NCBI GenBank assembly: GCA_021432655.1
Contig: MU271426.1
Span: forward strand, 47,061 to 67,060
Reading direction: 5' to 3'
DNA length: 20,000 bases
From: Atractiella rhizophila
Lineage: Eukaryota
Shown piece by piece: positions 10,515-20,000 of the stretch. The notes under the pieces are model-generated. The model was not told where the DNA came from. It searched no databases and saw only the letters and a program-made list of their open reading frames with translations. Made by a program: the position numbers and the translations under genes. The stretch's first letter is position 1. Each line of letters begins with the position of its first letter.

Positions 10515-11400
10515 ATGGACTTTGAGCTACGACATCCTAATCAAACACCAACACAACAGCGTGGGGCTCATGGCACCCCAACTCCAACTCCAATGGCCCC
10601 GAGCACTCGAGGCAGACGTGAGATATCTCTGCAGGAACTGAACAACGCCTTGACAAAGCTAATTGACAATAACCGGTTTCTTGAGCGCTCAGACATTGTA
10701 GGATTGAGAAATTTTGCTAGGGTACCATTCTCTTTACTACTCCCTTACATTCTCGCTGACTGGTTTTTGTTCTCAGTCCTACATCGCCATTCAGTTGACC
10801 TCAATCCATACAACACAAGTGGCACTCCAGCGCCAGTTTGCAGATTTGGTCGACAAGTTTGTCATCTCACGGGAACCACTAAAGGTTATTGAGGAATGTG
10901 TTTGTTCTCATTGTCTCGTATGTTGCTTTGCTGACATTAATCTACAGAATGCTATCATAGCTGCAGTTCAACATCTGCTTAGGGACCATCGAGTTATTTC
11001 TTACAAGGACGGATTCAATGGACACATTTGCTGTAAATGACTATTTAACACATTTAAGGTGTGTCTGATGGGTTCTGTATGTTAGCGCTATATGCTGGAT
11101 TGGGAACGAAACGGCACAACGTCTCTTAGCTTGGAATCCATCTGGAGGAATGAGACAATGAAGAGTACGATGATCAGCCGGATTGATCATCATGCGGAGC
11201 AGAAGCAGTCGAAGCTGAAGGTGTTGATTCCAAGGGTCTAAAGGAATGAATTACAATGAAGTTATAATGGGCTTTTTATACCTTAAGGAACTCGGCAAAA
11301 TGAGAGAAACGGCAAAGGGGAAAGAAAACTAGAGCCACAAATGACAGTGGCACGAATGCAGCTTAAAACGGTGCCAAACTCTGACAGAAGGAATCTGTGG
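10515..11400 (+). CDS. Multi-exon hypothetical helical protein, possibly the accessory gene of the CACTA-like element; probably truncated
   Basis: ATG at 10515; in-frame intron 10722-10776 (GTACCA..CTGAC..CAG) joins GLRNFAR to SYIAIQL; further exons NAIIAAVQHLLRDHRVISYKDG, RYMLDW...KQSKLK and ELGKMRE... No clear terminus. Confidence 0.4.
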
Positions 11401-11599
11401 GTCTTTCCATCAAAGTACAAACAGTTTGCTGCTTCTCGCTTCCTTTTGCTTACTGATTTCTTACGCGTTGGTGTACTTTCTAGAATTTGTTTGCCACACT
11501 TTTCTCAGATATATAAACTGTGCTGAAGTCTGGGAGAAAGATATAATAATGATATTCTTGTTTTCTCCCAACTTCAACCTTGCATCAGGATTCGCAGTC

Positions 11600-11920
11600 T
11601 TACAACACGTCAACCTTCCACGCCTTCCCCTCACCCGTTTCCCTATCTGCCCTTGTTTCCCCCACGTTCAAAATACCCACCGTCTTTCCTTCATCCAGTG
11701 CTTGCCGGAAGAGTCGCTAACTGCTATAGGTTTCGAGACTTGTGCCTATTATGAGAAGGTGAGAGGAAGAGGAGATGGAGTTGTGGGCGGCGTCGCAGAC
11801 GGATTGGGGCAGAGATTGGGTGAAGAAGACTATGGACGGTTTTAGGATTCCCATACCGCAAGACGGGCTGGGGAGGGGCGTTGAAAGAGTTGTAGTTTAT
11901 AGGACCTAGGTCTACATCTC
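11600..11920 (-). pseudogene. SIRT4-like (class II) sirtuin, C-terminal half, pseudogene
   Basis: GDVDLGPINYNSFNAPP/[frameshift]SPSCGMGILKPSIVFFTQSLP...HLLIIGTSLETYSS*RLFRQALDEGKTVGILNVGETRAD. Matches SIRT4 motifs (PD)GDV.L, GILKP.VVFFG, LV.GTSL..YS..RL, I.NVG.TRAD. In-frame TAG at 11719-11717; the N-terminal GAGIS region is absent. Confidence 0.9.
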
Positions 11921-12636
11921 CTACACTCAAATAATAGATGCCTCAGTGGATGTAGAACAGAAGACTAGCAGATCCCTGAGATGGTTCTCACGGACGCGCA
12001 CGCATGAAGCTCTAACTGCTCCCCGATTGACTTTGCGTGAAAGAATTTCGAGTTGTTGTAGAAGTTCTTCATCGTTCGGTGATACTGGAATACACAAGGT
12101 TGGCCAAAGCCAACGCTGCTCTCTTCTAATCCAACCAAGGTTTAATGACCAAAGTGCCTACATCCACGAACTGGACACACCCAGGCCAGTTGTGTGGCTT
12201 GCAGCAGTCGTCATGAAGGACGAAACACAACTGAGTAGCAACGTGGAGAAAGGGGAAACGTGCTCACACTTTCATCGACTGAGACGTTTAGTTGCTATGC
12301 AAATTTACAATTGCGAGACACAGTTCCGCGCCCCTTCTTGCTTTCTATGCATCATCTCGTCAGGAAGCATACTGCCAAGGGAGCGTCAGAAACCAGGTCA
12401 GCAAGATCTTCAGACGGCCTCTGCTTTCTCAGCGTATTGCGCTTCGTTTTTACCTTTGAGACCTGATTTGTCGAAATCGTCTTCCATGTCGGAAACCAGC
12501 CAGACCCATGCGTAGGGTTACACATATGTGATGCACTTCTTCCAGAAGAATACAAAAACAGTATGTTGAGGAGTTGGCATCAGCTCATTGTTCTCGCTTT
12601 AACAAGGCAAATACATTCGCGATTTCTGGTCTAGCT

Positions 12637-13813
12637 ATGCAGCACAAGATGCCTATCCTCAGCGTAGCTGTCGCTACACGAAGCGTGAGTCCTGTTGTTG
12701 CAGCTGAAAGTCCTTGCTTATCGTGAGTGCAGGATCTGATTCCCACAATAATCTTTCTGGTGCTCTTCGTCCTTGTGACACTCCTGTCAACCTGGAATCT
12801 CCTTCTCAATCGTTCCAGACGAGCGCTGGCTTTCGCTTCCCATCCGCTTGTGCTGGGAACGATTGGACAGTTACCTTTTCTCTGCTTGCATCTGGCTCAG
12901 GCTCTGGGGCATGGAAGAAATAGCAAGGCGATTACGATCATCAAAGAAGGGCAAATGTCGATAGCTTACTTCACCCTCATATTCGCAATGTTGAAAGTTC
13001 TCCCCAACCTCACGGAGAGGGTATATGGAGAGAAATATCTGTTATTGGGTCAGTATATTGTCAAGATTTTGAAAGTTCGTGATTGTTTCATTTCAGCCCT
13101 GGTAATAAGTCTGACCTCTTATGGCCAGGTTTTGTTATTAAGTGCAGTAAGCCTACTTGTTGCAAATTCGAACAATTGATCATGAACAGGCAATAAAGCT
13201 GGCTATGGGGATAATCTCAGTCTTCTTCTGGTGGGATGCACGCTCCGGAGATCTTGGGCGACAGCGAACTGTGCAAAAGCTTCGTTTCCTATCCGCCTTC
13301 ATCGCATGGAAGACAGTCTTCACCTTCTTCACGACCCTTCTTTTCTTCTACGTCGAGAGAAGCTACTGCCTCCGAACGGGGAGGCCTCGTCTCTTGAGTT
13401 GGGCGGTAGCTTTTGGACCCGACCCCGATTATAGCATGGTCTCAAAGGAATATCTACTATTTCCTTTAATCGTAACGTCAGCCTTGGTAACGTTCTTTTC
13501 AAGCGGAAGAAAATAGTATTAATCAAAGGAGCAGTCAATTCTGACGTTTTACAAACTTGTCACCTCGGCCCTCGTAGTTCCTAGTCCAGAGAACGCTTCC
13601 GGATATCCTTTGCCCATGGAACTATTTTATTCCACCGTGCGCTCTAGGACTCTCTTCTTCACCCTCCAGCTCCTCATGGAGTGCATCGCCATCTCAGCCT
13701 TCGCTTTTCGCTCTCTTCGATCTGAGGAGGATATATGGACTCAGCGGACACTATGGAATAGGATTCAAGAGACCAACAAAGATGATTCCTGTGGCAAATC
13801 AAAGCGCTGGTAG
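12637..13813 (+). CDS. Apparently intact 5-exon multi-pass membrane protein (~327 aa), RTA1-like 7TM layout
   Basis: Exons 12637-12684, 12733-13074, 13129-13146, 13190-13486, 13535-13813 joined by phase-0 GT-AG introns of 43-54 nt give an uninterrupted ORF. Several hydrophobic helices; N-terminal DLIPTIIFLVLF and C-terminal ILTFYKL / LFFTLQLLMEC are reminiscent of RTA1-like proteins (family call tentative). Confidence 0.7.
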
Positions 13814-15079
13814 AGTGAACGCGATCCAAATGCAAACACAAGCATGAGGCCTTTAACTAGTCTCCCTTTTGATTGAAATGGAATTATCCTTTCCTCTATA
13901 TCCATCAGTTCTTGGCATTAGTCATAAACGCACTTTTGAGCGTTCATATCCCTGGAACTTTGCAGGGCGATGTGCATGGCGGCATGAGTGCTGAGGAAGG
14001 GTGGATTAGTGTACTAAGTGTACATGGAGATTTGAATTGAGAGCTTCAAAACCAACTGTATTTGGCAAGGAAAGGCCTTCAAATTTTTCGAATTTCTTCA
14101 AATGTGTCAAACCAAAGAGTGTTTGATGCGAAAATCGAATCAAAGAAACAGACTTAGACAACTGCAAGACGCAACTCAAGATGTAAAGTCAACAAAACAT
14201 TTCCGTGCCCGATTGCTGCCACAGAGGGACTTAGAGAAAGAAGGAGAATGGGGCTACAACTCGAGACACGCAACGGGAACCCACAAACTACTGAGAGGCC
14301 CTTATGCCTTCCGTGCCACCGAGACTCAGGTTCCGTACTCCTCTTCCAGTTCCCTCAGAATCAAGCGTCCTTCACCAGTCGCCGCATAAACAAGATCTAT
14401 GGATGATATTCTTAGTTGAAAACAGGTCACAACCTCCACAATATGAAAGAGAGAGATATTTTTTTGAGATCCGCCCAAGTGTAAGACAACAATTCCCAGT
14501 TGATATGAATACATTCGAAACATTGATGAAACTGAAGGTTGCTTGATGCTGAGGAGGGCTCTTCAGCCCAGTGAATCATTTGCCATCGCCATGCACTACA
14601 AACGCGCATGCAATTCTCCTGGTGCGTTCGACTATTCCGGTCGGGAAAGGCGTTAAAGGAATCGTGGATGTGCCTGAGTACCCCGCAGAGGAAGTTCTAA
14701 CAAGATGCCCAGATCTGAAAAATGGTTCTGGAATGGAGTGTCCAGGGAGGGCATTCCAGCAGTATTGAGAAAAACGCGGGCAAACTCTTCACAAGCAGCG
14801 TGGCAGCAAATAATGTCGCGAGAATTATTCTGAGGGATGTTCTGAGGGATGGGTAGGCGAATTACAAGTGTTAATTCCGTGAACCAAATGAATGGAAAAC
14901 GTGACATATAGCATGGAAGTTATTACTGTTGCAATCAAATAGTGCGTTCCAGAAGTTCGTAACATGGATCGATGATTTAGCAAAGCCACACTACGCCGCA
15001 ATCACCCATGTATGCTTGAATACCCTTCGGTCTGGTTACGTGCAGTATCACCCTCACCTGTGTCATTTCTCTTGGATGG

Positions 15080-18000
15080 ATCGATAACGGTTTGCATATG
15101 AGTGACTTGTCGCTCAATAACAGGATCGAAATACTCTTCACGGACGTGAGGGAAGCTGAGGAAGTGCACGGAGCGTGGATCGTTTCCAAACTCTAGGGCT
15201 TGAATGTCCTCCTGTGATGTGGGTGGGAAAGGTCGGAGGCCTTGGTAGATGTTTTCGGTGAGGAATCGAGTGGAGGAAGACTACATTTCGGTCAGGATTG
15301 CATAATCACAGCTAGAATCGCTTACCATTGTTCTACAAAGGGTTAAAAGACCTTCGAAGAGAGTATTCAGAGCGGCAACAGTATCAGCCAGTCCGTTCGC
15401 GCCTTTCAGTCGTAAGCGGTTGAACCGGATATACCAGTTGGTGAGTTCGTCAATTAGACCTAATAACCGAGGTAGTATGGTGTATAATCGGTAAGCTATC
15501 ACAATTTTTAGCAAGTTATAATATTTGTCATACTCAACATTACCTTCCATCTCCGTCTTGACCAACTGGATAAGGCTTTGGCATCGGACTAAAATCCAGC
15601 GATCCATGACATTCTCCAACGTCTTTGCGTGGACATTGAACGTGAATTCCACTGGCGAAGTTTCTTGAGAAGCTCGACTTGTCCAAGGAAAAAGCGGAAC
15701 GAGTTAAGCCACGGCAACAAAGCTCGGCTGATTGACTTCCTTCACCCCTGAGTCCTTGAAGCGAAGGTTCTCTCCTCGAACGACAGGGGAATTAATGAGG
15801 TATAATCTAGCAGGCGTCCACTGGCCATACAAGGCACGCACCGTAAAGCATCAGCGCCATATCGTGCAAGGATCTCATTCGGACCAGGGTAATTCTTTAG
15901 ACTCTTGGACATTTTACGACCGTCCCTGCACAAAGTTAAACGGCATAGCCATACGACCCCAAAAAAAAAGCGTACTCTGCAAGGACGATGCAAGTCACAA
16001 TCAAATTCTTCCATGGGGCGGTATCGAAGAGAAGGGTTGCAAGGACTAGAAGGGTGTAGAACCAACCGCTACGACAACTTTAAATCGATGCGCAAGAAGT
16101 TTTAGTTCGGGGCATACCGCGTCTGGTCAAGACCTTCAGCAATGAAGTCAGCGGGAAACCGTTCATTAAAGCCTTCCTTGTTCTCGAAGGGGTAGTGGAT
16201 CTGAGCGTAAGGCATGCTAGAATGATGTGAGAGTCGTGAATAGGTAAGAAACAGCGAAGACGTACCTGCCAGACTCAACCCAGCAATCAAATACCTCCCT
16301 CTACACGCGGAAGTTGGCCTTTACCCTTTTTCGAAGGGATAGTAATCTTGTCAACTGTTTCTCGATGAAGGTCAGTGAGTGTGCCGCAACCAGCTAGCTC
16401 GTTCAATTCCTCTAGCGATCCAACACAGACAATCTAATCATTTCATCAGTAATCTGTAGATTTCACGGGGGAGACGAACCTCTTCCAAGTCCTCACTAGC
16501 GCAGAGCGGCAATGGCGTCCCCCAATACCTATTCCTGCTGATGTTCCAATCCCTAGCGATCTTGAGCCAATTCGCAAATCTCGAATCGGAGACTGATTGT
16601 GGAACCCATCTTGTTTCGGCATGGTTGTTGACAAGCTGTTCAGTCGAAATTGACGGCACGGATGAACCAAGCCGGCACAGAGCAGTAGAGAAGAGGAGTG
16701 CCAGAACGCCAACAGAAAGGGTAAGAGTGAGTGAGTGTGCCTTGATGCACAAGACAATTCATAGCTTTAATGGCTCGCGTGATGCCTTTATCAGCATCCT
16801 GCATGTAGCGTGAGAACCATTCTTGCTGTCATAGAAAAGTGACATATCGTACCTTCACATACTGCCCCTCAAAACTGCGGAATGTCAGACGTGTACTTGT
16901 CCGTCTCGTTGATGGGACAAGGTGGCATTTCATCTTCTTTCAGCACTCCTTCTCGTACACAAACTCGATGATCGTCTTCTCCAAAAGTAGGAGCTTGATG
17001 AACGATTCCGGTACCAGCATCAGATGTGACGTAATCGTCGTTGACGACCTTCCATGCTTTCGTTTTGTACTCTTTCCCAGTCAATACTTAATCAAGTCAT
17101 CAGTGTACAAAGTCGATAAACTTGTTCGTAGAAGTGCTGGAACATGGGTTTATACCTCCACCCATTTAGGTCCTTCCCTTTCCGTTCCTGTAATTTCTTG
17201 AAATTTCGCCTTCTTGGGATCCCTGTAGATGACATTCAGAAGGTTATCACCAATAATGAAATTCTATTTCTTGTCCTCGTAGAAGATCTTGATGTAAGTA
17301 AACTCTGGATGCACGCACAACGCCATGTTGCTGAAGACCGTCCACGGCGTCGTCGTCCACAGAAGGGATGTCTCTGGATCATCGATGAGGGGGAAGGAAA
17401 TCACCACTGTTCACATATTTGATGGTCAGAATACAGTTGATTTGTGGGAAGGGACAGCGAACCAGAAGGATCCACAACGTCCCTGTAATCCAAACCCGCC
17501 TCAAAAGTGGACAGAGGTGTAGTCAACCCAGTTGAATAAGGCATAACTTTCACGCCTTTATACACCAGATCCTTGTCCCACAGTTGCTTAAACACCCACC
17601 AAACGGTCCCCATGAATGAAGGATTAAGCGTCTTGTAATCATTATTGAAGTCCATCCATCGTCCCATTCGCTCTACTGTGCGTCTCCATTCAGCGGAACA
17701 ACGCATCACGATCGCTCGGCACTCCGCATTGTATTTGTCGATACCCATCGCCATTGAGCTTTTTGTCGATCTCGTGCTCGACAGGGAGGCCGTGCGTGTC
17801 CCATCCAAATCGCCGTGAGACGTGGTAGCCGTTGGTATGCGCGAAACGAGTAACGACATCCTGAAGTGATCATATATCAGTTCAAACTGCGACAACTGAA
17901 GAAATCGGTGGGGAATCTAGAAGACAGAATGCGGCGTGATTTATGTAACTTTCGCAGAAAGTGAGCTGTTCTGCTGGACAGTTCATAGAACCAGCAGCAA

Positions 18001-18207
18001 CCCATCTTTTGTAGCACTTGATTCGAAGTGTTACCATCCGCTTCGATCCAAAGACGAATAGACAAGACGATATCAAGAGTGTCGTAGCGATAGTTCAAGC
18101 TCACTCGCGCTTTCCCTGGACTTGGATCAAGTGGCTACGATTGAGCTCACCTTGACTGTTCCTAGTAGCAAATGCCCATAATGTGGCAGACCCGTTGCAA
18201 ATGGCGG
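15080..18207 (-). pseudogene. ILS1: Cytosolic-type isoleucyl-tRNA synthetase, intron-containing pseudogene truncated at both ends
   Basis: PPFATGLPHYGH (HIGH motif, starts 18207), [13 protein letters not shown], editing-domain WTTTPWT and [46 protein letters not shown] at 15915-15901, YGADALR, LTNWYIRFNRLRLKG, RSVHFLSFP. Frameshift ~17755, stop at 17266-17264 and other lesions. Homology stops at MQTVID (15080); sequence upstream of PPF is missing. Confidence 0.96.
17941..18138 (-). ncRNA. Candidate intronic structured RNA (H/ACA snoRNA-like) in the IleRS intron 18150-17861
   Basis: Long stem GTAGC(C)ACTTGAT (from 18138) pairs with ATCAAGTGCTAC (ending 18011); H-box-like AAAAGA 18010-18005; hairpin TGGGTTG-CTGCTGG...CCAGCAG-AA-CAGCTCA 18004-17962; small hairpin ACTTTC/GAAAGT; ACA at 17946-17944 followed by TAA, about 80 nt before the 3' splice site. 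Canonical pseudouridylation pockets are not evident by eye. Confidence 0.5.
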
Positions 18208-18364
18208 GCAGTGAGAATTTGGCTAATCGAGGGAGCTAAATTCCCCAGCCACGTACAAAACGATACGAGTAAGATAAACGGAAAGTGGTTGGGGAAAAGG
18301 AAACGAATAAGAAAGCAAGGGTAGGGCAAAACCTTAATTTCCGCCTTCTATGCGTTAAAGTTTG

Positions 18365-18422
18365 GAGGGACAGAGGGACAGTCAGAGGGACATTTAGCGC
18401 CAAAAATTTTTGAAAAATTTTT
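18365..18422. repeat. GAGGGACA x3 followed by two AAAAATTTTT palindromes; possible transposon terminus
   Basis: GAGGGACA at 18365, 18373 and 18385; AAAAATTTTT at 18402-18411 and 18413-18422. Confidence 0.5.
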
Positions 18423-18530
18423 ATATCCGTGAGTTCCGGTAAACTCCACCCATCTGTGAAAGGTTGAAAAGTGCGCCGTACTCCTAAGCCATATCACCCT
18501 CAGCTGCCTGAATGCATTTTATGTCACTGC

Positions 18531-18875
18531 TCAAATCAAAGTAGGAACGGGAGCAAACATACCATTGAATTCGGCAGCTTTCTTTGCCCAAGCCTTAACC
18601 ACATCATCACCCTTCTTCACCTCTAACAGCAGCTGGTCCAGTTTCGGCCCTCTAATCAAGGCAATTTTCTTCTTTCTATCAATCTCCACCTCAACATCAT
18701 GTTGTTGAAGCGCAAGTCCAGTTGTTTGCTGAAGGTTGGTGTTCTTGTCATTGGCACCGTGGTTGAGGTGAGTAACAGAGCTGGAACTGGGAGAGAGATT
18801 TGGCAAAACATTTGACAAGAATGAAGGGGATGTAGCCGCATGTTTATCAACAGAAAGGTTATCCACACTATCCAC
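18531..18875 (-). CDS. Hypothetical ORF fragment, 114 aa
   Basis: Open frame with protein-like composition (S/N-rich N-terminus, helical C-terminus KLDQLLLEVKKGDDVVKAWAKK); GTG start, no recognised motif. Confidence 0.2.
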   Translation of the reverse strand: MDSVDNLSVDKHAATSPSFLSNVLPNLSPSSSSVTHLNHGANDKNTNLQQTTGLALQQHDVEVEIDRKKKIALIRGPKLDQLLLEVKKGDDVVKAWAKKAAEFNGMFAPVPTLI

Positions 18876-19589
18876 ATTCCATATGAAGGATACCCTAGAA
18901 CTTGGAGATCAGAGGGGCAACTGCCCCAAGATGTTTAGAAGCCTGAGTTGTGCGGCAATGCTGAGCGAGGGTACGATATCGCGATGGAGAGGGAGACAGA
19001 GGATGATAGATTGAATGAATTCGCGAACGGGAGAGTAGAAGGCGTCGGGGGATGTGCGGAGGCGCGTAAACAACTACAGAGGCGTCACTTAATTGTCTCA
19101 TCTCGTACACAACCAGTGAAACTGGGAAGGAAATGCCTTACAATGCCTCAGCACCGTCACTCAGACCCACGCTGGAGTTGAAGCGTGCCCCTCTCGGCCC
19201 TTGAGACTTCCTGGCACGTTGTACAGCTGTTGTGACTTTCAATTCCTCTCACTGAAGCTGATTGTGACCTGTTATACTGAAGACTGGTGGGTTGAATGCT
19301 TCTCGTTAGTTGATAACTGGGTTGATAAAATGTGCTGAGCTCGACGTTGACTTTCTGTTGTACGCAGACTTGTTCACAAGAATTTCACAATTCTTTCACT
19401 GCTATTTCACTGTGGGACAAACTTTCAGCCACATTTCTTGGTATGTCCCTCCAGAACTGTGTTTTGTCGGAAATTTTGAGTTTGTCCTCCCCTTGAAGAA
19501 AGGAAGAAAAGCTTTAATAGTGCTGCAGAGCGGAGGAGTGAAATGCAAAGATAAATCCGCAATAAACAAAACATGCATAAGTTAGTGTG

Positions 19590-19655
19590 GTGTGTTCCAG
19601 TCTGTCGTGTCCGCTTCCCGATTCACATTTCCATCTCCAACACTCCCCCTCACTC
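19590..19655 (-). repeat. Polypurine tract and start of the copia 3' LTR (distal boundary unresolved)
   Basis: Minus strand GAGTGAGGGGGAG (19655-19643) directly followed by TGTTGG (from 19642), 10 nt after the pol stop codon. Confidence 0.8.
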
Positions 19656-19665
19656 GAACGCTCTG

Positions 19666-20000
19666 TCAGCTTCCCAGTCCCATATCGTGGCAGAAAATTG
19701 TATGTCGTTTAGTGGCCAAACCCTTCGTGAGTACATCTGCCACCTGCAGATGAGTGGGAACCCATTCTAGTGCGACGGCTCCATCTTCGACTTTCTCCCT
19801 GGTAAAGTGATAGTGTACCTCAATGTGTTTCGTCCTCCCATGAGCCGCTGGATGAGAGGCAAGAGTGAGCGCGCCACGGTTATCCCCTCGTATTATGGTG
19901 GGTGAGGTGGGCGGGAATCCTAGGTCGGAGTATAGGCGACGTAACCAGACTGCCTCCCTCGTGGCGAGCGATAATGCAACGTATTCAGCCTCCGTGGAGG
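19666..20000 (-). mobile_element. Ty1/copia retrotransposon pol C-terminus (RNase H), intact frame, continues beyond the window
   Basis: STEAEYVALSLATREAVWLRRL...IRGDNRGALTLASHPAAHGRTKHIEVHYHFTREKV.....LEWVPTHLQVADVLTKGL...GLGS* contains all copia RNase H motifs (STEAEY, DN, H.RTKHI, ADVLTK). Missed by the ORF track because no start codon is in the window. Confidence 0.97.

Noticed and set aside
11946..12515. 189-aa + strand ORF
   Set aside because: GTG start, no recognisable motif or splice support; likely a chance ORF.
14102..14768. Chain of short + strand ORFs
   Set aside because: Could be a decayed gene, but no family motif or consistent exon model was found.
14828..14851. TTCTGAGGGATG x2
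   Set aside because: Simple 12-bp tandem duplication with no spacer structure; not CRISPR-like and no function is evident.
15732..17522. Several + strand ORFs in the ORF track
   Set aside because: They are antisense shadows of the IleRS coding sequence.
17945..17990. TPP riboswitch in the IleRS intron (minus-strand CTGCGAAAG resembles the aptamer 3' end)
   Set aside because: The CTGAGA, (A)TAC, TGAT and TAAT-loop elements of the TPP aptamer are absent, and the host is not a thiamine gene.

Overview
Eukaryotic, very probably basidiomycete-fungal DNA (many 43-59 nt GT-AG introns with CTRAY-like branch sites). The window is a transposon and gene-relic graveyard. Mobile-element relics: two hAT transposase fragments, a Penelope-like reverse transcriptase fragment, a Helitron fragment, an internally deleted CACTA/En-Spm-like element, and the 3' end of a young Ty1/copia element (RNase H, PPT, LTR start). 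Host-gene copies: a highly diverged, C-terminally truncated cullin, a SIRT4-like sirtuin fragment, and an intron-containing isoleucyl-tRNA synthetase pseudogene. One 5-exon multi-pass membrane protein gene looks intact. The two most interesting non-coding signals are (1) a 290-nt, strongly base-paired intron right after the HIGH-motif exon of the IleRS copy, with hairpin-H box-hairpin-ACA layout, a second GTGAGC donor and a donor-complementary segment, and (2) two convergent copies of a GGAGAG-hairpin-CAAAAGCTC-(ATC)n module with different inner stems. All family calls come from motif recognition by eye; no database search or folding program was run.
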